Virus record (IMG/VR): IMGVR_UViG_3300006155_000004
Length of the DNA: 64,000 bases
Strand: one strand, 5' to 3'
From: a virus
How positions within the stretch are numbered: the first letter of the stretch is position 1; each line of letters begins with the position of its first letter. The position numbers were made by a program, and so were the translations under genes. This document shows, one piece after another, positions 17,970-26,980 of this stretch. The notes below the pieces were generated by a model. That model was not told the DNA's origin. It saw nothing but the letters and a program-made list of their open reading frames with translations, and did not search any database.

Positions 17970-18463
17970 CAGAGAATGAAGCAAGAGAATTTTTGGGAAG
18001 ATTTTCTTTGGATAGAATCGGGTATGCTAGTGGGAAAGAAGTTGATACAGATCGTTTTAATTATTTTACAGAAGCGTTAATGACAGCCATGCAAGCATTA
18101 ACTGAAATCCAGCAGTACCGAGCAATCGGCACAGTCGAGGAATGCCGGGAGGCAAGGGAAAGGCAGATGGGGAAGAAACCAAATCATTTCTACAAAAAAT
18201 ATGGAAAACATCAGTGGAGACGAAAAGATAGCGGAGAAATTGATGAAGATGCGTGGGATTCTGATGCTCATAGTGGGGTTGTTTGTGAAGTTTGTGGAGA
18301 ATGTGTCTGTACAATGTGCAATCCAGACTATGATGAATTAGATGATTGCGAGGAAGAATACTGGATTTGCCCTAATTGCGGAAAAAAGATATATTGCAAA
18401 GACGAGTACTGTAAATGCGGTCAGCACCTTGATTGGAGTGATACCCAACGGCCTACCAAATAG
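17966..18463 (+). CDS. hypothetical Cys-rich protein
   Basis: ORF track; AAGGAGG RBS; ATGA overlap. Confidence 0.7.
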   Translation: MTENEAREFLGRFSLDRIGYASGKEVDTDRFNYFTEALMTAMQALTEIQQYRAIGTVEECREARERQMGKKPNHFYKKYGKHQWRRKDSGEIDEDAWDSDAHSGVVCEVCGECVCTMCNPDYDELDDCEEEYWICPNCGKKIYCKDEYCKCGQHLDWSDTQRPTK

Positions 18464-18483
18464 CAGACCAAAGACACCCGTTC

Positions 18484-18645
18484 ATGGGACTTGACAATAA
18501 AATCTGTAAAAATCCTACATATTGGTGTAGACTGCATCAGGTTTGGCTGTCGGAGGAAGATGTTAAAAGGAAGAAATGCAGATGTAAAGATGATTTTGAT
18601 TTGATTGGTACGTATAGGTGCGGAAATTTGGATAGGAGGGATTGA
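18484..18645 (+). CDS. possible small Cys-rich protein (53 aa)
   Basis: Hand-translated; no clear RBS. Confidence 0.3.
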   Translation: MGLDNKICKNPTYWCRLHQVWLSEEDVKRKKCRCKDDFDLIGTYRCGNLDRRD

Positions 18646-18649
18646 GGGA

Positions 18650-18937
18650 ATGAATATATCATCTCACGCTAAACAGCGATTAAAAGAAAGATGCGGATTC
18701 ACTAAGAAATCCTATGAGCGCATGGCAGAAAAAGCATTTAACGAGGGAACAACGCACAAGCAGACAAGGGGCAGATTGAATAAATGGATTACAAGCCTAT
18801 TCTTTAGGAATTGTAACGCTAACAACATACGGATTTATGGCGATAATGCGTACATATTCTGCGGGGAAACACTTGTGACCGTTATTTCTATTCCCTCAAA
18901 CATAAAGAGGGATATGGACAAAATGATTGAGAAATAG
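18650..18937 (+). CDS. hypothetical protein
   Basis: In-frame ATG 18650 with GGAGGG/GAGGGA RBS inside ORF 18605..18937. Confidence 0.65.
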   Translation: MNISSHAKQRLKERCGFTKKSYERMAEKAFNEGTTHKQTRGRLNKWITSLFFRNCNANNIRIYGDNAYIFCGETLVTVISIPSNIKRDMDKMIEK

Positions 18938-18949
18938 GAGGATTTTGAA

Positions 18950-19414
18950 ATGAGTATGTTATCGGAACAAGTAAACCAACTAAAAGAAGAAGCTAAATAT
19001 TTGGAAAAAGACCAAGAAAAGAGATTGGCAAGCATATTACGCCAAGCCGCCGACACCATAGAAACCTTATCCGCAAAGCCGGCGGAGGCAAATGTGGAGC
19101 GGCCGGATAGGTGTTATGCAGGCGGAAGAAAACTTGAAGCGGGAGATATTGTTCAGCATTTTAAGAGGGAAACGGCAAAAGATAAAGAACACAGCATGGA
19201 GTATCTGTACATAATCGAAGCGATAGCCACACATACGGAAACAAGAGAAAAATTAGTTGTTTATCGTGCGCTTTATAAAAACGATGAAAACGGTGTGCAT
19301 TTTAATGTTTTCGCAAGACCTTATGACATGTTTATGTCAGAGGTGGACCATGAAAAATATCCTGATATTAAGCAAAAATACCGCTTTGAATTGTTTGAGC
19401 ATGATAGGAGTTGA
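18950..19414 (+). CDS. protein with C-terminal DUF1653-like domain
   Basis: DIVQHFKRE...LVVYRALY...FARPYDMF pattern; TAGGAGG RBS. Confidence 0.55.
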   Translation: MSMLSEQVNQLKEEAKYLEKDQEKRLASILRQAADTIETLSAKPAEANVERPDRCYAGGRKLEAGDIVQHFKRETAKDKEHSMEYLYIIEAIATHTETREKLVVYRALYKNDENGVHFNVFARPYDMFMSEVDHEKYPDIKQKYRFELFEHDRS

Positions 19415-19447
19415 TTACATTGCAGGAATTTGTAACTATCAAGGCAG

Positions 19448-20308
19448 GTGGATAAATTGAATGGAAATTTCATAAAGATTGACCGAAAAATGCTCGAATG
19501 GGAGTGGTACAAAAACGAGCATACCAAGAATGTGTTTTTACATTGCCTGCTAAAAGCACACTGGAAAGACACAAAGATTGAGGGGAAAACAATTCCGAGA
19601 GGTTCTTTTGTTTCTTCTATAGGAAATATAGCGGAAGAACTTTCGTTGACGCCTATGGAAGTGAGGACAGCATTGAAACATCTAAAATCAACAAACGAAT
19701 TAACAAGCAAAGGAACGAACAGAAATACAGTATTTACGGTAACAAACTATGATTTGTACCAATCAAAAGAACAAGCAGAGCAACAAACAGATAACAAACG
19801 AACAACAAACGAACAACAAACGGATAACGAGCAAATAACAAGCAAAGAACAAACCATTAACAAACCATTAACAACAAATGAAGAATATAAAGAAGATAAG
19901 AATATAAAGAACGAAGAAGAAAGAGAAGAATGTAAAGAATGCAAGAAAGAGATAGAGGACAAGCCGAAGAAAAAAGAGCCGACTGTTTATTATCCAAATG
20001 ACAAGCTACTAAACAGCGCCTTTAAAGAATTTTTGGTTATGAGGAACAAAATCAAGAAACCGATAGCCACCAAGCAGGCATTGACAAGAATGATGAACAA
20101 GATTGAGAAGTTGTCGGGCGGCGATAATGATTTGGCGATAAAGATACTCAACCAATCTACAGACCATTGCTGGCAGGATGTGTATGAGTTGAAAGAGGAT
20201 AAGAAGAATTATCGTTCTTCAAATACAAATTTTCAGAATCAGTCTAAGCAGGCGAAATTTGAGCGATTAATGAACCAAATAAAGGAGGATGAGGCGAGTG
20301 ACAGTTAA
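19448..20308 (+). CDS. phage replisome-organizer / DnaD-like replication initiation protein
   Basis: N-terminal F-x-K-I-D-R-x-M-L-E-W-E-W-Y winged-helix-type segment common in Firmicutes phage organizers; low-complexity T/N/Q linker encoded by DNA repeats. Confidence 0.65.
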   Translation: MDKLNGNFIKIDRKMLEWEWYKNEHTKNVFLHCLLKAHWKDTKIEGKTIPRGSFVSSIGNIAEELSLTPMEVRTALKHLKSTNELTSKGTNRNTVFTVTNYDLYQSKEQAEQQTDNKRTTNEQQTDNEQITSKEQTINKPLTTNEEYKEDKNIKNEEEREECKECKKEIEDKPKKKEPTVYYPNDKLLNSAFKEFLVMRNKIKKPIATKQALTRMMNKIEKLSGGDNDLAIKILNQSTDHCWQDVYELKEDKKNYRSSNTNFQNQSKQAKFERLMNQIKEDEASDS

Positions 20309-20975
20309 AGAAGCGAGAAAGTTTGTTGCGGTGCTTATGGTTACATATCCGAACTATAACCCGATAGATGAAGAATTAGCTGCCGAAACATGGGCTGGTG
20401 TTACGGAGGAATACACCTATGAACAAGTGGATATTGCATTAAGAAGCTATATGAAAACGAATACAAGCGGTTTTGCTCCCGTTCCCAGTCAAATCATAGA
20501 GAAGATACATACCATGACCGCACCACAGGAATTAAACGAAATGGAGGCATGGTCGTTTGTCAGCAAGGCAATACGGGACAGTGGATATAACAGCGTGGAC
20601 GAATTTGCAAAATTACCGCCGCTTGTGCAAAAGGCAGTCGGACTTCCGAGCCAGTTAAGAACATGGGCGTTAGATGAAAATTACAATGAGCAAGTGGCAA
20701 TGTCTAGCTTTCAAAGAGCGTATAAGGCAGAATTAAAACACCATGAGGAACTTCAAAAAATGCCACAGAATATAAGACAGCTTATTGAAAATGCAAATGT
20801 CGGCTCATATTCGGCTCAAATAGCCGAGAAAAGACAGCAAGCCATAGAAAGTGCCAGTGAGAGGAAACAATGCGAAATCAAGGCGTTAGAGATGAAGCAT
20901 GAGGGCGTACCAATGCCAGAGAAGTATAAGGAAAGATTGGAGGATATGAGGAATGAACAGATTAACAACAAATAA
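20298..20975 (+). CDS. G39P-like replicative-helicase loader
   Basis: N-terminal ...AVLMVTYPNYNP...ETWAGVTEEYTYEQVDIALRSYM...FAPVPSQII resembles the SPP1 G39P family; GTG 20298 is better spaced from AAGGAGG than ATG 20289. Confidence 0.45.
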   Translation: MTVKEARKFVAVLMVTYPNYNPIDEELAAETWAGVTEEYTYEQVDIALRSYMKTNTSGFAPVPSQIIEKIHTMTAPQELNEMEAWSFVSKAIRDSGYNSVDEFAKLPPLVQKAVGLPSQLRTWALDENYNEQVAMSSFQRAYKAELKHHEELQKMPQNIRQLIENANVGSYSAQIAEKRQQAIESASERKQCEIKALEMKHEGVPMPEKYKERLEDMRNEQINNK

Positions 20976-21531
20976 AGAAGTATCAGAAATGAATATATAT
21001 GAGTTGGCACACAATTCATGCTATGCAAAGGACGGAAAGGCAAGATATAGAGATTTTGAGGATGATTTTGACGCAAGGCAACTGGCAATAAAACTTTTGG
21101 AAAAGTATGCGGACATTCCGAATGAGTTTACTGGTGATGAAGATTTTGATGATTTTATGATGGATTCCTTGCAGTATGGAACAGGAGATATACTTGGATT
21201 GATTGCGGTGTTTTATCGGAATCTGTGGGCGATGGCTGATTTAAGGGAAACATTAAAGCGTTTTGAGGATTTGAAAGAACAAGGGACAATGATTGAACTT
21301 CCTTGCAAGGTTGGAGATACATTTTGGACTTTTACGGAGGAATCGAGAGGTGTATATGACGGAGATGTGGTAGATATCCAAGTTGAAAAAATAGAAATCC
21401 GATTTAATGACGGAAAACCATACTTTTATATTGACAACATGGAATTTGATATTGACTGTTTTGGAAAAACAATTTTTCGCACTAGAGAAGAAGCAGAGAA
21501 AAAGATAAAGGAGATTATGAGTAATGGATAA
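20953..21531 (+). CDS. hypothetical protein (LKLP/ELP...GKTIF-EEAE paralog family)
   Basis: ORF track; GGAGG RBS; start could also be ATG 20989. Confidence 0.6.
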   Translation: MNRLTTNKEVSEMNIYELAHNSCYAKDGKARYRDFEDDFDARQLAIKLLEKYADIPNEFTGDEDFDDFMMDSLQYGTGDILGLIAVFYRNLWAMADLRETLKRFEDLKEQGTMIELPCKVGDTFWTFTEESRGVYDGDVVDIQVEKIEIRFNDGKPYFYIDNMEFDIDCFGKTIFRTREEAEKKIKEIMSNG

Positions 21532-21934
21532 AATCACAGTCTACACCGACGGCTCAGTCCTAAACAATGGTTCTTCTGACAGCGGTTGCGGTTGGGCTTG
21601 CAAGCTGATTTACCGAGGGCATGAGAAAATGAAGTCAGGAGGCGATAAGGGCAAGACAAACAATGTTATGGAGATGACAGCAGTTCTGCAAGCCATGAAA
21701 TCCATAACGGACAAGTCTATTCCAGCGGAAGTGTTTTCGGACAGTAAGTATGTGGTGGAAACACTGAATGGGAATTATCAGATTAAGAAGAACGTGAAGT
21801 TGTGGCAGGAACTTATGGCGGAGAAAGAGAAGTTTGCAGATATTCGGTTTATTTGGGTTAAGGGGCATGATAAGAATGTTCATAACAATGATGTTGACAG
21901 GCGGGCGGTAGCAGAAGCCAAGAAAGCGAGGTAA
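21524..21934 (+). CDS. rnhA: ribonuclease HI
   Basis: DEDD signature: VYTDGS, NNVMEMTAV, SDSKYV, VKGH...NDVDRRA. Confidence 0.85.
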   Translation: MDKITVYTDGSVLNNGSSDSGCGWACKLIYRGHEKMKSGGDKGKTNNVMEMTAVLQAMKSITDKSIPAEVFSDSKYVVETLNGNYQIKKNVKLWQELMAEKEKFADIRFIWVKGHDKNVHNNDVDRRAVAEAKKAR

Positions 21935-21938
21935 GTAA

Positions 21939-23906
21939 ATGGATTATCAGCAATTAGATATATTCGACATGACAAGACAGACATTTCAGATAGACAAGCC
22001 TATCCGATTGATTGAACTCTTTGCAGGTGTCGGCAGTCAGGCAATGGCATTGCGGGATTTGGGAGCGGATTTTGAGCATTACAGAGTGGTTGAGTTTGAT
22101 AAGTTTGCAGTCGCAAGCTACAATACCATTCACGGTACAAACTTTGAAACAACGGATATTCGGAATATAAGTGGTGTGGATTTAGGGATTTGCGACACAG
22201 GCAAATTCTGCTACATAACGACATATTCATTCCCTTGTTTCGTTGGAAACACGTTTGTTTTGACTAGAGATGGTTTAAAACAAATTGATGGTATAATTCC
22301 TGGCGATTATGTCCTTACTCATTCTAATGAGTATAAAAAGGTTTTGAAAAGCGGATATACTGGAACGAAAAACATATTTTCCGTGAAAGGTATGTGTATT
22401 GATGAAATAAAATGCACAAATAATCACAAATTTTATGCAAGGAAAATGATTGGACACTATCCGAGGAATAAAAACGGAAAAAGATTCAGAACAAGAGAAT
22501 TTTTAAGACCTGAATGGATTGAATGCGAAAGCCTAACAAAAGATTATTACTTAGGTGTTGCAACCAACCAAAATAGCGTAATTCCAACTTGGGATGGAAC
22601 TGATTTTAAATGGTCTGATGGAAGAAAATCAAGGCATAAGAATCAACTATCAAAACTCATGGGGAATCATAGTTTTTGGTGGATAATCGGCAGATATTTA
22701 GGAGATGGGTGGATTAGAACGCAAGGTGGAGTAATTATATGTTGCTCAAAAAACGAAACGCATGAAATTCTTCCGCATTTAAGAAATTGCGTTTTTTCCT
22801 ATTCCATATCAGCGGAAAGAACGGTAAATAAGATACACATAGCAATAAAGGAATTGCAATGTTTTTGTGAACGATTTGGAAGAGGAGCAAAAGGAAAACG
22901 CCTTCCGGGATTTGTTTTTGATATGCCTTGCGAGTTGTTGAAGAGTTTGATTGATGGCTATGTAAGTTCTGATGGATGTTACACACAAGGGCTGTATAAA
23001 ATTAGTAGTATTAGCAAGGAACTTGTCTACGGATTTGCTCAATTGGTTGCAAAAGCATATAAAGTACCATACAGAATATATAAGACAGAAAGACCTAAAA
23101 AGTGCAAGATAGAGGGAAGAACAGTAAATCAAAACGACACATATCAGTTGGTTTGGAAGTTGCAGAAGAAAAAACAAGACAAGGCTTTTTATGAAAAAGG
23201 TTATGTATGGTTTCCGATTAAGAGCGTGGAAAATACAAATTCAAAAGAGAAAGTATACGACATAACGGTTGAAGACTCTCATAGTTTTACTGCAAACGGA
23301 GCAATTGTTCACAACTGTCAGGATTTATCAGTCGCCGGAAAGCAAAAAGGCATGACCAAAGGAAGTGGTACAAGGTCGGGTTTGCTATGGGAAGTAGAAC
23401 GGTTGCTGAATGAATGCATCGAACTCCCACAAGTCCTGCTGATGGAGAATGTTCCTGCCGTACATTCACAAGCCAATATACCAGACTTCCAGAAGTGGAT
23501 TGATTTTCTTGAAAGCAAAGGGTATTCAAACTACTGGAAGGATCTGAACGCTAAAGATTATGGTGTGGCGCAAAATCGCGATAGATGCTTTATGGTGAGC
23601 TTTTTGGGCGAATGGAATTACAAATTTCCACAGCCGATACCGCTTGAAAGAAAGTTAAAGGACTATTTAGAAGATGAGGTTGACGAGAAGTATTACATCA
23701 ATAATGAAAAGTCGCAGAAATTGATACAGACACTTATTGAGAATGGAACATTGCAAGGCTGTATTGGGAATATAAATCCAAGCGGAAACGGAATGAACGG
23801 AAATGTATATGCGGGAGATTTAAGTCCAACAATTACCACGAATAAAGGCGATGGCGCAAAGATTTTTGTTGACCTATCCCTAAAAAATCCAAACAAAAAA
23901 CGATAA
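21939..23906 (+). CDS. DNA (cytosine-5) methyltransferase, N-terminal polypeptide (motifs I-VIII plus first TRD), interrupted by an intein
   Basis: Motif I ELFAGVGSQ; ...SFP | intein | CQDLSVAG (motif IV); LLMENVP (VI); QNRDRCFMV (VIII). Confidence 0.85.
   Translation: MDYQQLDIFDMTRQTFQIDKPIRLIELFAGVGSQAMALRDLGADFEHYRVVEFDKFAVASYNTIHGTNFETTDIRNISGVDLGICDTGKFCYITTYSFPCFVGNTFVLTRDGLKQIDGIIPGDYVLTHSNEYKKVLKSGYTGTKNIFSVKGMCIDEIKCTNNHKFYARKMIGHYPRNKNGKRFRTREFLRPEWIECESLTKDYYLGVATNQNSVIPTWDGTDFKWSDGRKSRHKNQLSKLMGNHSFWWIIGRYLGDGWIRTQGGVIICCSKNETHEILPHLRNCVFSYSISAERTVNKIHIAIKELQCFCERFGRGAKGKRLPGFVFDMPCELLKSLIDGYVSSDGCYTQGLYKISSISKELVYGFAQLVAKAYKVPYRIYKTERPKKCKIEGRTVNQNDTYQLVWKLQKKKQDKAFYEKGYVWFPIKSVENTNSKEKVYDITVEDSHSFTANGAIVHNCQDLSVAGKQKGMTKGSGTRSGLLWEVERLLNECIELPQVLLMENVPAVHSQANIPDFQKWIDFLESKGYSNYWKDLNAKDYGVAQNRDRCFMVSFLGEWNYKFPQPIPLERKLKDYLEDEVDEKYYINNEKSQKLIQTLIENGTLQGCIGNINPSGNGMNGNVYAGDLSPTITTNKGDGAKIFVDLSLKNPNKKR
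22236..23315 (+). mobile_element. intein with LAGLIDADG homing-endonuclease domain (360 aa) inside motif IV of the C5-MTase
   Basis: Starts CFVGNTFVLTRDG, TNNH block B, IIGRYLGDGW and LIDGYVSSDGC LAGLIDADG-like motifs, ends AIVHN followed by Cys(+1). Confidence 0.8.
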
Positions 23907-23976
23907 GCAGCTGTATCACAGCAAGGGAAGATAGGGGAATATCAAACCAACAGTCAGTAGGAAAAGGAGTGGTGGA

Positions 23977-24687
23977 ATGTCAAAGGAAATCTTAGGAAGT
24001 ATTTATTATAAGACGTCAGAGGATTTTATGCGTGGGATTTATCCCATGGCAAGAACAGTTAAGGCAGAGCAACGTGATTTGGCGGTGGTGGAAATGGAAG
24101 AAAGACGATTAGGAAATATTTACGGCTTTGACGGTGGGAATTACGCAGGGAATGTGTATGATGATAAGGCTTTATCTCCAACAATACGGACATATCAATG
24201 CGGAAATCAACAGCCTATGATTGTTGCCATGCGTGGCAGAAATCCCAGAAACCCGTCAGACCGTACTGCAGGGAGTCCAACAGAACAGAGGTTAGATACG
24301 AACGGTCAAGGTATCTGCAATGCGCTGACGAGCATGCAGAAAGATAATATGGTGCTAGTGAAAGCAGATTTTTGCATTGGAGGACTGCAGGAGCATCAAA
24401 CAGCGAGAATAGACGGCATATCTCCATCTCTAACGGCAGCGATGGGTATGGGAGGAGGGCAAACACCTCTGATAAATTGTCAATACCGCATACGAAAACT
24501 AACCCCGCTTGAATGTTGGCGGCTTATGGGATTTTCTGATGAAGATTTTCATAAGGCAGAGGAAGTCAATAGCAATTCGCAACTCTATAAACAGGCAGGG
24601 AACAGCATTGTAAACAATGTATTAATTGCGATTTTCGGGCAGATGATACCCAGAAAGGAAAATTTGTACAAAGAATTACAAGACTGA
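23977..24687 (+). CDS. DNA (cytosine-5) methyltransferase, C-terminal polypeptide (further TRDs plus motifs IX-X)
   Basis: RKLTPLECWRLMGF (IX) and YKQAGNSIVNNVL (X); own AAGGAG RBS 7 nt before the ATG. Confidence 0.8.
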   Translation: MSKEILGSIYYKTSEDFMRGIYPMARTVKAEQRDLAVVEMEERRLGNIYGFDGGNYAGNVYDDKALSPTIRTYQCGNQQPMIVAMRGRNPRNPSDRTAGSPTEQRLDTNGQGICNALTSMQKDNMVLVKADFCIGGLQEHQTARIDGISPSLTAAMGMGGGQTPLINCQYRIRKLTPLECWRLMGFSDEDFHKAEEVNSNSQLYKQAGNSIVNNVLIAIFGQMIPRKENLYKELQD

Positions 24688-24691
24688 ATGA

Positions 24692-25141
24692 TTGGAGGCA
24701 AAGAGGTTTTCCCGGGAAATAAAGCTGGCTTTACTCCAAAGGATTATGAAAGATTGCAAATACCCAAATTGTGTAGAGTGTGCAAATGATGATTGCGATA
24801 TGGAACAAAAGGACATAGCGGCGCTGTTAAAACGCAGACGGTGGAATGCGAATCCGACAAAATATCGGCAAAAACAGATAGATTACAAGGCAAAAATTAA
24901 GGAGAATCTACCGCATTGTGACGAATGCACAGATTGCGTTCTTGTGAAAAAGGATAAAGGCGATGGTTTCAGAAGACTTTGTATAGCGGAAATGAGATTA
25001 GTTGAACAGAAAGTGTCAAATTCTCCGCAATGGTGCAGAAAGCGAGCGCCGAGCAAAGATTATCTGAAACGCCGTGAAAATATACTAAGGCAGAAGAAAG
25101 AAAAATATTGGAAAGAGAGGGCGGGAAATGAGCAGAGTTAA
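24692..25141 (+). CDS. hypothetical Cys-rich protein
   Basis: ORF track; start uncertain (TTG 24692 or ATG 24746). Confidence 0.5.
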   Translation: MEAKRFSREIKLALLQRIMKDCKYPNCVECANDDCDMEQKDIAALLKRRRWNANPTKYRQKQIDYKAKIKENLPHCDECTDCVLVKKDKGDGFRRLCIAEMRLVEQKVSNSPQWCRKRAPSKDYLKRRENILRQKKEKYWKERAGNEQS

Positions 25142-25544
25142 CAAATACAGAGGAATACACATTCATGCGTATCCGCAAAACGAACACATTAACGGAACAT
25201 GGATTTATGGGCACTTGTCGGACGAAAACTATATCAATTCGCTAGACTTAGAGGGAGAATTTCTAGTTGACAAAGACACTGTCGGGCAGTACATAGGCGT
25301 TGACGACAAGAACGGAAAGGAAATCTACGAGGGGGATATTGTCAAAAGAAAAATGTTTGATGATTATGTAGTTGGACAAGTAGTGCGGCTTGATATAGGC
25401 TTCTGCGGTTTTATGCTAAAATGTGGAAACAGATATTATCATATGGGAAAAAGCGAACACACGGGAATATCCGATTGCGATGAAGTTATCGGAAATGTGT
25501 ATGAAAATGCGGATTTGTTGAAGGAGGTTGAAATAAGTGAGTGA
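25128..25544 (+). CDS. YopX-family protein
   Basis: GKEIYEGDIV...VIGNVYENADLL signature. Confidence 0.75.
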   Translation: MSRVNKYRGIHIHAYPQNEHINGTWIYGHLSDENYINSLDLEGEFLVDKDTVGQYIGVDDKNGKEIYEGDIVKRKMFDDYVVGQVVRLDIGFCGFMLKCGNRYYHMGKSEHTGISDCDEVIGNVYENADLLKEVEISE

Positions 25545-25668
25545 AGAAACATATACAATCGAACAAATTATTGAAGCTATTGTACAGGCTGATGAAGAAA
25601 TTGTGCAAGCCATCAGATGCAAGGACAGAGAAATGCTCGAAGATGTGCTGAAAGATTATTTGCACTGA
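25537..25668 (+). CDS. hypothetical small protein (43 aa)
   Basis: Hand-translated GTG 25537, 9 nt after GGAGG, to TGA 25666-25668. Confidence 0.4.
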   Translation: MSEETYTIEQIIEAIVQADEEIVQAIRCKDREMLEDVLKDYLH

Positions 25669-25681
25669 ATGGAGGCAGGAA

Positions 25682-25978
25682 ATGAGTAAATCTATTTTAG
25701 TGATTGATACGCCAAAAGCATGTATTGACTGTCCGTGTCATTTTGCAGACGATGTAATGATTTGGTGCGGAAAAGAGAGAAAAGAGATTTTTTCAGATGA
25801 TATTGAAACTTTTAAGCCTGATTGGTGTCAACTTCGGGATTTGCCAGAGAAAAAACCGAAAGTAAAATATCAAGGAAATGGGTGCTTCGGAATCAATGAG
25901 GCGATGAAAAATAGTTTTAATATGGGATTCAATTCCTGCATTGACGAAATTTTGAAAGGAGAGAACGGGAATGAGTAG
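25682..25978 (+). CDS. hypothetical protein
   Basis: ORF track; TGGAGG RBS. Confidence 0.65.
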   Translation: MSKSILVIDTPKACIDCPCHFADDVMIWCGKERKEIFSDDIETFKPDWCQLRDLPEKKPKVKYQGNGCFGINEAMKNSFNMGFNSCIDEILKGENGNE

Positions 25979-26429
25979 AGAACATCTTTATAAGGCAAAG
26001 CGTGTGAATTGGAGGGAACTGCCGAAAGAGGAATGGTGGGTTGAGGGGCATCTCACACAAAGAAAGGATAGCTATGGAAAAGTTTTCGAATCTTGGATTG
26101 TATTAGATGCCTACGAACAACTCGGCGTATTGAACATGAAAAGCGCATTGGTTTCAGAAATTGATTTTAATTGTTACAAGGTAGACCCCGAAACCGTCTG
26201 CGAATATACGGGATTGAACGACAAGAGCGGAAAGAGATTTGAGGGATATATATTTCAAGCAAGTGACGGAGATTTCATTCAAAGATATGTTATTGCGTGG
26301 AACGAAGACTCCCTTGAATGGTCTGCGGAGTGCATAGGAAATCCGGACGGAACGTTGCCGTTATCCGAATTTAGAGTGGGTGAAATCGAAGTTATTGGAA
26401 ATATTTTTGACAATCCTGAACTTTTGTAA
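25971..26429 (+). CDS. YopX-family protein
   Basis: GKRFEGYIF...VIGNIFDNPELL signature. Confidence 0.7.
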   Translation: MSREHLYKAKRVNWRELPKEEWWVEGHLTQRKDSYGKVFESWIVLDAYEQLGVLNMKSALVSEIDFNCYKVDPETVCEYTGLNDKSGKRFEGYIFQASDGDFIQRYVIAWNEDSLEWSAECIGNPDGTLPLSEFRVGEIEVIGNIFDNPELL

Positions 26430-26485
26430 TGAGTGAGATAAATATTCTGAAATAATAATTTTTGATAATTTTATAGGAGGTAATT

Positions 26486-26656
26486 ATGGAACTGGTTCTT
26501 GAAAACGGGCAGAGAATGTATATTGACGAATGTGTTGAGGGCGCAATAGCGCGGTTATACGGAGAAGATGGCGCTCTTGTTGATCAGAGGGAATTCAGCG
26601 CGGAGTTCCTATTTGGATCGTTGTTTGGACATATGCGCGGAGGTGATGAAGAATGA
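26486..26656 (+). CDS. hypothetical small protein (56 aa)
   Basis: Hand-translated; TAGGAGG RBS. Confidence 0.5.
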   Translation: MELVLENGQRMYIDECVEGAIARLYGEDGALVDQREFSAEFLFGSLFGHMRGGDEE

Positions 26657-26883
26657 GCGGAGAATTAGAAGAAAAGCTAAAAAGAGAAAAACTGTCCATC
26701 CCGATAAAGGACAAGCTGAACCTGACGATTGAGGAGGCAGCTGCGTATAGCAACATTGGTGTGAATAAACTGCGTTCCATGGCAGATGAGCCGAGTTGCC
26801 CGTTTGTACTATACATAGGAAAACGGAAGGTAATCAAGCGCAAAGCATTTGAAAGGTATCTCGAAAAAGTGCTTGAAGTGTGA
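26653..26883 (+). CDS. xis: excisionase-type HTH DNA-binding protein
   Basis: LTIEEAAAYSNIGVNKLRSM... HTH immediately upstream of the integrase; ATGA overlap. Confidence 0.6.
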   Translation: MSGELEEKLKREKLSIPIKDKLNLTIEEAAAYSNIGVNKLRSMADEPSCPFVLYIGKRKVIKRKAFERYLEKVLEV

Positions 26884-26980
26884 GAATATAACAAGCTTTG
26901 TTTGAGTTTTGAGCCTTTTTATGGTAAAATATAAACTATATCAAGGCTCTTTTCCTAAACAAAAGAAAGGAGATTTGTCA

